DNA of 64,000 bases from positions 159,678,307 through 159,742,306 of the forward strand of contig NC_068981.1 of assembly GCF_001194135.2 (NCBI RefSeq). Direction: 5' to 3'. The translations under genes and the position numbers were made by a program. This DNA is from Octopus bimaculoides. Taxonomy: Eukaryota. This document shows, piece after piece, positions 57,073-64,000 of the stretch. Under the pieces are notes generated by a model. It had not been told where the DNA came from, did not search any database, and worked only from the letters and a program-made list of their open reading frames with translations. How positions within the stretch are numbered: the stretch's first letter is position 1; every line of letters starts with the position of its first letter.

Positions 57073-57103
<31 letters not shown>

Positions 57104-57809
57104 CATACATACATATATACATACATACATATATATATACATACATATATATATACATACATATATATATACATACATATATATATATATATATATACAT
57201 ACATATATATATACATACATATATATATATATATATACATACATATATNNNNNNNNNNNNNNNNNNNNNNNNNNNNNNNNNNNNNNNNNNNNNNNNNNNN
57301 NNNNNNNNNNNNNNNNNNNNNNNNNNNNNNNNNNNNNNNNNNNNNNNNNNNNNNNNNNNNNNNNNNNNNNNNNNNNNNNNNNNNNNNNNNNNNNNNNNNN
57401 NNNNNNNNNNNNNNNNNNNNNNNNNNNNNNNNNNNNNNNNNNNNNNNNNNNNNNNNNNNNNNNNNNNNNNNNNNNNNNNNNNNNNNNNNNNNNNNNNNNN
57501 NNNNNNNNNNNNNNNNNNNNNNNNNNNNNNNNNNNNNNNNNNNNNNNNNNNNNNNNNNNNNNNNNNNNNNNNNNNNNNNNNNNNNNNNNNNNNNNNNNNN
57601 NNNNNNNNNNNNNNNNNNNNNNNNNNNNNNNNNNNNNNNNNNNNNNNNNNNNNNNNNNNNNNNNNNNNNNNNNNNNNNNNNNNNNNNNNNNNNNNNNNNN
57701 NNNNNNNNNNNNNNNNNNNNNNNNNNNNNNNNNNNNNNNNNNNNNNNNNNNNNNNNNNNNNNNNNNNNNNNNNNNNNNNNNNNNNNNNNNNNNNNNNNNN
57801 NNNNNNNNN

Positions 57810-57858
<49 letters not shown>

Positions 57859-59526
57859 TATGTGTACATACACACTACACGCATGCATATATATAGATAC
57901 ACATATAGGTATTAAATAAAAATTTGTAATAAAATAAAGCAGCAGCGCAACAAATTAATAAAAATTAGAATATTTAATAAATAGCAGGGAGGATTCATTT
58001 CAAGCCAAGCTAGAATAGAATCATAGGCAGAAGAACAGCAACAGAATTGGTATTAGCAATAATACAAGCTGGCTAGCAGTTAGTTTATTTTTTAATTTAA
58101 TTTTTTTTTTTTGTTGGATTTTTATTTTTATTACTTTTACCCAACCTGAATTGCTGGTAGTCGACAAAAGATTTTTGATTTGGTGTGAATACTGGGCTTG
58201 TCCATGGTAAGGAGCAGGTAACTCCTCAGTAGCCAAACTCGTGGTGATGCTGGGTGGTCTGGCACCCCCTGGCATGGAAATAAAAACAGTAGCATGCTAC
58301 CAATAGGCAAACACATAAAAGCAACATGCAATTATTTTGGGGTTTACAGGGCCAGCACAGCAATAAGAGTAGCAACATATGCTGCATCATGCTGCATGGA
58401 TACATATAATGCAATTAAATATTCACTCTTTTGTTTCTATATACACAATACATAATACAGAATTATAGCATGCTCACGAAATTATGCAAATATAATTCAA
58501 GAACTATTATGTATACTGAGTGGAGTTTATGGCCTAATAACTCAGTTAAAAATCAGTATGCTTTGAACAGTGAAATTATTTGGGACAGGAAGGTCATTTA
58601 AAAAAAAAAAAAATTCACTAACTTGATTAATACATAGTAGCCATTTGTTTGTTACTCATTTCAAAATAAGGGTATAAACACAGATTATAAACACAGGTGT
58701 AAATATAAACACAGGTGTAAATATAAATACACATTTTTGATGTATATACAAACATACATTAGATGTATGTACAAATACATAGATATCCATCCAGAATATT
58801 CTTTTCTACTCTAGGCACAAGGCCCGAAATTTTGGGGGAGGGGGGTCAGTCAATTAGATCGACCCCAGTAAGCAACTGGTACTTAATTTATCGACCCCGA
58901 AAGGATGAAAGGCAAAGTCGACCTCAGCAGGATTTGAACTCAGAACGTAAAGACAGATGAAATCCACCCAGAATATTGCAGAAGCAATATTCTGGATGAG
59001 TAACATGGGTTTATTTATATATGCCTCAGTTTACCAAGTGAGAGAATAGGCACTCTATCTTTCTCTGAAAGATTTGGCATGCCACTGTCAACCTATTTAG
59101 AAAGAGGTTTGGTTTAAATTTGTTAAACGTCAAAGAAACTGGAGCTTCTTCTCAGTCCTATGAACACAACAGTCTTGTGAACTACTGTTTGTTCTGATCC
59201 AAATGTTTGGGAGTTTACGAACAGATTTTTAACTGCCACAATTCTTCAATTGGCATAAAAATAATGCCAGATATAATACAGTTTAATGAATAGAATTCAA
59301 AAGTTCATTTATATGTAAAACAGTTTGGATATAGAAAATTTTCAAACAAAACAAGATATATATAACACATTGATGCCAACATGTGTGCATGTGCCTACAG
59401 ATTAGACTAAAAAGCATAGAGCTGTGTGTATGAGTATGTATCTATGCATAGGATAGGTTGGGTAGGCTAAAATCATGTGTGCATATATGTGTGAATGTGT
59501 GTGTGTGTGTGTGTGTGTATATATAA

Positions 59527-59561
<35 letters not shown>

Positions 59562-59932
59562 ATAAGCTAAAATGTAAATGTATTCCCCCATATGAATATT
59601 TCAAGGAAATAAAAATCAATTTCTTTCATAATATTTAAATTTATTTTTACCTTGACAAGTTTTTAAAACATCTTATAATTATTTATTTAATCTAATGTAT
59701 AATAAAAACGATTTTCTGCAATTAAACTTGAGAGAACAACTTCAAGAAATACTATTGCATTATATTACATCATGACTTTCAAATGGTAAGATTTTAATAA
59801 AATGACCATTACTAAAAACTTTAATGTCCTTCTTCAATACTACACTGCTCTCACTCCCTCCTTTATTACATTTATAGCAGACTATTCTTCAATCACTCAA
59901 ACTGACCTATTGCATATACTTCTCTGAATTTC

Positions 59933-59992
<60 letters not shown>

Positions 59993-60186
59993 ATCACCAT
60001 CATCATTAACGTACATTTTCCATGGTGGTATGGGTTGAATGGTTTGACAGGAGCTGGAGAGCTTCCAAGGCTCCAACTGTTTGTTTTGGCATGGCTTTTA
60101 CACCTGGATGCCCTTCCTAAAGTGAACCACTTTACAAAGTATACTGGAAGCTTATTGTGTGGCACCAGTGCATAAAATAGACATAT

Positions 60187-60217
<31 letters not shown>

Positions 60218-60246
60218 ATCGTATATATATATATATATATATAATC

Positions 60247-60319
<73 letters not shown>

Positions 60320-62173
60320 CACGCACATAAACACACACACATACACCTTGCACCGGAAATCATGTAGACACTCATTCTGAGAACTACCATCTTATGAAAC
60401 ACTTTCTCGTATTTCATTTTTGTATTTGGTTGCAAGATTTTTGATGTGATCTCATGCATTGAAACAAATTTTCTTTATCTTGTGAAGGATCATTACATTA
60501 CTAATAAATACATACACTGGTCCAATTTCACTTTTTTTAATTATTAGTCAACAGGTTTATTTATCCAGCAAGCTAATTGATCGCTTGTTTAATCAGTCAG
60601 TTAAACAATCAGTCTGTTGTTTGTCAAAGTTCTTTTGGCACTATTTACCACCTCATCAATTATATGCCCTCTTATCTCCAGGTTTGCTTCAAAATTTTAC
60701 TCTTTGCCATCATTTTTGATATTATTATTGTGCATCCTTGTATGTTGCATAAATATTTCATTAAGTGCTTGTTAAAACCCTCAGCTCCAGTTGCCCAGGC
60801 CACAATTTTAACTCTATGCTGTGAAAAAAAAAACATTAATAACTAATAATTACATTCAGTCTATTATCATTATATAAAATTATAAAAATGAATAGAATCC
60901 ACTTACCAGGAACCAATAATAGCAAAACAGCTTAACATCATAAACCTCAATATATCAATATTAAAAACTGACTAGACATGGGAACCAATTCTTGCCAGAA
61001 AGGAATATTTGAATTGAATTGGTCCTTAGAATAATATTCAATTGACCTGAGAAAATTGGAAATAAAGTCATTTCGAAAAGATTTCAGGTGAGAATCTGTG
61101 AAGAAAGAAAGCTAAATACTGCAAGTTCAGTGGATGTGCTACCATTTCTGCCAATTCTGCCAACCTGATAGCAATAAAATTCAAAAATAGAAAATCCCAG
61201 ATTTCATAAAAGTATGTTTTTAAAAATCAAACAAATAATTATAGATATTTACCGTTTCAAATAAGGAAAATGCTGTATATAACAATAAAAAGTATGTGTC
61301 AACTTTACCTTGCATATGACTTCCTGGAATCTGTCCAGAAACTGCAGGTGGATTTGGACTATTATTGTACTGAGCATCTGGTACAGGAGGAGTTGCATGT
61401 GAAAGAAGAGGAGGTCTTGAACTTGTGGGTGGGGGTCCAATTCCACCCATGTTACTTGTGGGAAGTGGTGGTCTTGGAGCTCTACTCATAGGTGGCATAC
61501 TTCCAATAGCACTGCTGGTGTTTGGATTTACAGGTCCCATATTATAACCAGGGATTTGCTGATGCTGTTGCTGATTTTGTAATGGTTGAGATGGTAATGG
61601 AGGCCTCATAGATCCTGTTGTTGAAGGATGACCGGCTGCAGGGTAAGTAGGTTTGGACTCACTAGAAAAGGGTACAATATTCTGTGGGGGGCCCATGGAA
61701 TTTTTAGGGTACTGGGCAATGGAATTAGGTTCCATACTGCTGGGGCCATTAACAAAAGGTTGTGAAGACATAGGGGGAGGATGAGGAGCACTCCCAGAAG
61801 AAGGAACTAACATTCGAGGCCCACTATCTGATGGACCATATTGACCAAATGAACCTACATTTTGGGATGAAGCATAATTATATGATTGCCCTGATGACAT
61901 TCTGGGAGGCCCACTTCTAACTGTGTTCATAGCTTGAGAATGACCTATAGATGGAGGGCTACTAAAACCATTATAACTATTTGAGAGTGGAGGCAGTTGA
62001 CCTTGTGATTGTGGATGCTGTTGTTGTGGCTGCTGCAACTGAGTAGGAGGCATTGAAGTCATCCCACTTGGTACATTAGCTTGTGGTTGGTAATTAGACA
62101 TTGGAACATTCTGTGGTGAACCAAAAACTCCAGGAGGTGGTCCACTTTTCCTAGGCATAGGCGGTGCTGACAT
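17282..62173 (-). CDS. SEC24A/B: COPII coat cargo-adaptor Sec24, SEC24A/B type; spliced CDS span (20 core exons, 1187 aa; up to 1240 aa with two candidate cassette exons)
   Basis: Exons join in frame with GT-AG boundaries and matching phases; core exon lengths sum to 3564 nt. Recognised Sec24 motifs: [16 protein letters not shown], zinc finger [82 protein letters not shown]. Pro/Gln/Ser-rich N-terminus. Confidence 0.96.
17671..17774 (-). CDS. SEC24A/B: Sec24 exon E21 ([34 protein letters not shown])
   Basis: TTTCTTTACAAAG|ACT ... TTCG|GTAAGA; 104 nt, phase 0/2. Confidence 0.95.
17872..17983 (+). mobile_element. Short tRNA-derived element with (TAA)n tail (not an intact tRNA)
   Basis: A-box TGGCGTAATGG (17881), B-box GAGTTCGATTCC (17924); acceptor stem does not pair; followed by about 11 TAA units. 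Confidence 0.7.
18335..18712 (-). mobile_element. RTE-LINE 3' end with internal approx. 60-nt subrepeats
   Basis: Same RTE terminus; TGTCACCCGCAC..GGCAACG unit recurs about three times. Confidence 0.85.
18812..19009 (-). CDS. SEC24A/B: Sec24 exon E20, gelsolin-like domain (HVTDRGG...[17 protein letters not shown]...LCDGL)
   Basis: TTCTTTTGCAG|CAC ... CTG|GTAAGT; 198 nt, phase 0/0. Confidence 0.95.
19668..19800 (+). mobile_element. RTE-LINE 3' end, inverted relative to 18335-18712
   Basis: About 9 differences over roughly 119 nt versus the reverse complement of 18347-18465; (ATG)n tail. Other short copies near 20100-20345, 29725-29910, 38265-38570, 39838-39935, 46168-46745, 49480-49795, 54880-55030, 59995-60170. 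Confidence 0.85.
21043..21177 (-). CDS. SEC24A/B: Sec24 exon E19 ([14 protein letters not shown]...[13 protein letters not shown])
   Basis: TTTTCTTGCAG|AAG ... GAG|GTTAGT; 135 nt, phase 0/0. Confidence 0.95.
21276..21852 (+). mobile_element. Non-autonomous Helentron/HINE-like element
   Basis: Begins AACAAGAG, 5' subterminal CTCTGCC, internal repeat TAATCCAGAATCCTTGTCCGGT, 3' hairpin CCTCTGCCTTCGCTAAGGCGGAAGG. Class assignment from recalled architecture. Confidence 0.5.
22332..22510 (-). CDS. SEC24A/B: Sec24 exon E18, helical domain ([16 protein letters not shown]...[11 protein letters not shown])
   Basis: GTACTTTCAG|CT ... AGT|GTAAGT; 179 nt, phase 1/0. Confidence 0.95.
22730..22777 (-). 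ncRNA. Minimal type-I hammerhead ribozyme-like motif (Penelope-type), intronic, sense to Sec24
   Basis: Minus strand GTCT-CTGATGA-AGGGATATCCATAATATCCTA-GAAA-CAGCTG-TA^AGAC: stem I GTCT/AGAC, core CUGAUGA and GAAA, 7-bp stem II, palindromic stem III, GUA cleavage triplet. The pair at the base of stem II is a non-canonical A.A. Confidence 0.72.
22948..23058 (-). CDS. SEC24A/B: Sec24 exon E17 ([13 protein letters not shown]...ALLAKM)
   Basis: TTTTTTTAAAG|GG ... ATGG|GTAAGT; 111 nt, phase 1/1. Confidence 0.96.
23603..23776 (-). CDS. SEC24A/B: Sec24 exon E16, beta-sandwich ([26 protein letters not shown]...[11 protein letters not shown])
   Basis: TTCATTTTCAG|GT ... AAAG|GTAAAT; 174 nt, phase 1/1. 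Confidence 0.96.
24404..24562 (-). CDS. SEC24A/B: Sec24 exon E15 (CASKYSGG...[15 protein letters not shown])
   Basis: TTTATTTGCAG|CC ... AGAG|GTAAGT; 159 nt, phase 1/1. Confidence 0.96.
24890..26125 (-). mobile_element. 5'-truncated RTE-clade LINE (RT C-terminus with PHD-like insert, 3' UTR, (ATG)n tail)
   Basis: [10 protein letters not shown]4HC3 finger..[46 protein letters not shown]; its 3' end equals the short RTE fragments. Confidence 0.9.
26246..26369 (-). CDS. SEC24A/B: Sec24 exon E14 ([29 protein letters not shown]...ATV)
   Basis: GCATTTTAG|AAT ... GTTG|GTGAGT; 124 nt, phase 0/1. Confidence 0.96.
30179..30435 (-). CDS. SEC24A/B: Sec24 exon E13 ([13 protein letters not shown]...[30 protein letters not shown])
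   Basis: TTTTTTTGTAG|AT ... AAG|GTATGT; 257 nt, phase 1/0. Confidence 0.96.
32118..32512 (-). mobile_element. tRNA-derived SINE family 2 with internal microsatellite (representative near-full copy)
   Basis: Head with GGTTCAGTCCCACTGCGTGGC, body AAAGCCTTGTGAGTGGATTTGGTAGACGGAAAC, internal (AT)n, tail GGCCACAGTCAAATGACTGAAACAA. Other copies near 186-372, 7550-7700, 20655-21012, 23138-23535, 36085-36462, 47675-48065, 48480-48600, 52778-53150, 54690-54815, 63055-63265. Confidence 0.85.
32668..32832 (-). CDS. SEC24A/B: Sec24 exon E12 ([26 protein letters not shown]...[11 protein letters not shown])
   Basis: TTTTTCAG|GT ... GATG|GTAAGT; 165 nt, phase 1/1. Confidence 0.96.
33652..33718 (-). CDS. 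SEC24A/B: Sec24 exon E11 ([22 protein letters not shown]), start of trunk domain
   Basis: ATATTTCCAG|TTG ... ACTG|GTGTGT; 67 nt, phase 0/1. Confidence 0.95.
34740..34849 (-). CDS. SEC24A/B: Sec24 exon E10 ([36 protein letters not shown])
   Basis: TTCTTTACAG|TA ... ATG|GTGCGT; 110 nt, phase 1/0. Confidence 0.96.
35742..35777 (-). CDS. SEC24A/B: Candidate 36-nt cassette microexon E9 (inserts [13 protein letters not shown])
   Basis: TATTTAG|GTGATGATCATAGTGGCTTTGATGAAGGAGAAGCAG|GTGAGT; phase 1/1, stop-free, in the phase-1 intron between E8 and E10. Confidence 0.7.
37500..39400 (-). mobile_element. Old CR1/L2-like LINE RT remnant, interrupted by an RTE 3' fragment at 38265-38570
   Basis: Decayed motifs [58 protein letters not shown]. 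Confidence 0.6.
40242..40591. mobile_element. hAT-superfamily MITE (350 bp)
   Basis: Imperfect TIRs CAGGGTTTCTCAAA / CAGTGGTTCTCAGC flanked by a perfect 8-bp TSD ATATACAG (40234-40241 and 40592-40599). Related decayed ends near 30490, 32010 and 63615. Confidence 0.85.
40620..41845. mobile_element. Inverted pair of RTE 3' ends (40620-40940 plus, 41415-41845 minus)
   Basis: About 280-nt arms; the minus copy extends into the ORF end [29 protein letters not shown]. Confidence 0.85.
42887..43013 (-). CDS. SEC24A/B: Sec24 exon E8, zinc finger ([42 protein letters not shown])
   Basis: TATTTTGCAG|CAG (NAGNAG) ... GACT|GTAAGT; 127 nt, phase 0/1; CxxC..CxxC. Confidence 0.96.
45834..45936 (-). CDS. 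SEC24A/B: Sec24 exon E7 ([34 protein letters not shown])
   Basis: TTTTTATTTCCAG|C ... ACG|GTACGT; 103 nt, phase 2/0; conserved Sec24 motif. Confidence 0.95.
47505..47623 (-). CDS. SEC24A/B: Sec24 exon E6 ([20 protein letters not shown]...NASP)
   Basis: TATTTCATAG|GAC ... CAGA|GTGAGT; 119 nt, phase 0/2. Confidence 0.9.
50200..50463 (-). CDS. SEC24A/B: Sec24 exon E5 (Gln-rich, PSQMQSP...SNLSTK)
   Basis: TTTCATTTCAG|CCT ... AAG|GTATTG; 264 nt, phase 0/0. Confidence 0.88.
52329..52417 (-). CDS. SEC24A/B: Sec24 exon E4 ([29 protein letters not shown])
   Basis: TTATCTTTTCAG|TG ... ATG|GTAATT; 89 nt, phase 1/0. Confidence 0.88.
53248..53346 (-). CDS. SEC24A/B: Sec24 exon E3 ([32 protein letters not shown])
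   Basis: TCATTTTCAG|GC ... CCAA|GTAAGC; 99 nt, phase 1/1. Confidence 0.85.
55289..57890. repeat. (AT)n/(AG)n and compound (ATAC/AT)n arrays flanking two assembly gaps in Sec24 introns
   Basis: Direct inspection; gaps at 55358-55746 and 57249-57809. Confidence 0.95.
58146..58268 (-). CDS. SEC24A/B: Candidate cassette exon E2 (123 nt, [41 protein letters not shown])
   Basis: Acceptor TTTTTATTTCCATGCCAG|GG, weak donor TCAG|GTTGGG; phase 1/1, no stop, fits between E1 and E3. Confidence 0.6.
61309..62173 (-). CDS. SEC24A/B: Sec24 coding exon E1 (Pro/Ser/Gln-rich N-terminus, MSAPPMPRK...GSHMQ)
   Basis: Acceptor (T)10CCAG|CA ATG (exon starts 62175); donor CAAG|GTAAAG; 865 coding nt, ends phase 1. 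Start codon assignment is inferred. Confidence 0.88.
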
Positions 62174-64000
62174 TGCTGGAAAAAAAAAAATCAAGAAAAT
62201 ATATATTAGAAAGTTAGAAAATGCTAAATCAATTTTATCTTAAATTCTATCACTACCCTACCTTTCATTTTAACAAAATATTTATACAAACCTTGAGTTG
62301 CAATTAACCAAGTGAATAAATTTGCAGGTTCACTATACAAATATACACAGCCATTAACAACTAACTTGTATGATATTATAAGCTTTAATTTCAAACTGAA
62401 AAAATAATCAAGGCCCAGTGGTGGCAGGTGTTCTGTCGTGTAACAGGTAAAGCAGTCACCAAACATGCAACATACAGTAATCACTCACCATATCATGGTT
62501 CACCTATTGTGCCCTTAGTATATTGCGGCTTTTTCTAGCTAATATATGTAAATTTATATCATGGGTTTCTGTGGCCGATAGGTATTCATATTTTTTTAGA
62601 TAAATAAAAATCTCAGATGAAATACCAGTTTATTGTGTTTCGATAATTTGAAGAATTTCATACTAAGTTACTTCAGATTTAACAAAAGCAAAAGCATAAA
62701 CCAAAGGCAAAGTGCAAGATCCATTTACAAGAGTATGAATGGTAACTGATCACTAGCTGGAACAAAATACACACACACACCTTTAGAACATATATAGATC
62801 CATTTATTATCCTATGCAAATTTAAAATTGGCTAAATGTTCTCTTTTTAAACTAAATTTTCTAATAATAGTCTATTTTTATTTCATACTAAAAATTATTC
62901 AATATTTAAAATTGTCATATTTATAAATTGTCATATTTATAAATTTACTTTACAAAATAATACATGAAGAAATATTGCATAATCTGTAGTACTTAATTTT
63001 TACATTGAAAACTATCTTCTTTTATTTTTCCTTTCTTCCAGTCCTTTGATGGTGGCCATGTTGGAGCTTTAGTCAAATAAATCAACCCCAGTACTTATAT
63101 ATTTTAAAGCCTGGTACTTATTCCATTAGTCTCTCGCCAGGGATGTAAATGAACTGACACAGGTTGACAAGTGGTGGGGGTGAGGGGGCAAACACAGATT
63201 ATATATAAACAGGCATCCACACAGTTTATATCTACCAAATTCACTCACAAGGCATTTGTTGGTCCAGAGTAAAAATTATTCCAATGAAAGTTGCTTGGTA
63301 AACAAGTTATTTCAATGGAAAGTAATTCTAATAATGAAATGTTATTCAATGAAAAGTCATTGACTAGAGAAACAACCGAGATTCAATGAAAAGATGTTAC
63401 ATAAAAGGTCATGGAACCAATGGAACTATAATATCAAATATGGAAATATATAGTTCCCCATTAAACAATGAAGTCATTGTTTCACTGACTTTCAATACTG
63501 AGTAAATACATCTTGTACAGTAATTACCTAAGAGATGGATGAGATCCATCTAGCTGATTGGACCTTAATACATTAATTAATACAAAATTTTAAAGTGAAT
63601 TTCCTATAATCCAGTGGTTTCTCTCAGCCAACAATCGACAACCTTTTTTGTGCCAAGGACCGGTTTCATGCAAGACAATGTTTCTACAGTCCAAGAGATC
63701 CCTTACATAAAACACAATAAAGTGCATAACTTCTCCGCTGACATACTACGACGAAGTCTCCACGATGCAGATAAGATAGAGATTTTTATTTATTTACGGC
63801 CTCAACATCTCATACCTTTCGCGCTTTAGTCTGCCCTCTATTATTTATCTTGTTTCTCTCCATGAAATTCAATTGAATTCAGTTTTTGTCTTAAATTCAT
63901 ACTTATTCATTTTCTAAGCTTCCTAAATTCATGCTACGTATATATTCTATTCACCTAGATTTCATTGCTCTTTTAAAAATTACGATTTATGCATTGTTGT

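Larger units (their letters stand above)
1905..57809. other. Assembly gaps: 1905-2113, 8144-8683, 11137-11165, 12748-12757, 16870-17001, 41894-41903, 55358-55746, 57249-57809
   Basis: N runs, mostly adjacent to microsatellites or duplicated flanks. Confidence 0.99.

Overview
AT-rich, microsatellite- and repeat-dense eukaryotic DNA from a draft assembly (8 N gaps). The SINE and RTE-LINE families suggest an octopus genome; this is inferred from recalled repeat families, not from a search. The dominant feature is one minus-strand gene, a COPII cargo adaptor of the SEC24A/B type (ATG at 62173, TGA ending at 17282). I traced 20 GT-AG coding exons by hand that join in frame into 3564 nt (1187 aa + stop). 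Two further frame-preserving candidate cassette exons fit the intron phases: a 123-nt exon (58146-58268) preceded by GCATG/YGCY clusters, and a 36-nt acidic microexon (35742-35777) right after the zinc finger, preceded by UGC motifs. A minimal type-I hammerhead ribozyme-like motif lies in sense orientation in one intron (22730-22777). The rest is transposon debris: Penelope (RT + GIY-YIG), mariner DD34D, a zinc-knuckle retroelement, an RTE LINE with a PHD-like insertion plus many RTE 3' ends (some as inverted pairs), a CR1-like LINE, three tRNA-derived SINE families, a hAT MITE with an 8-bp TSD and a Helentron-like element. CpG decay in repeats marks a probable gene-body methylation domain. 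No prokaryotic features, CRISPR arrays, rRNA or intact tRNA genes were found.
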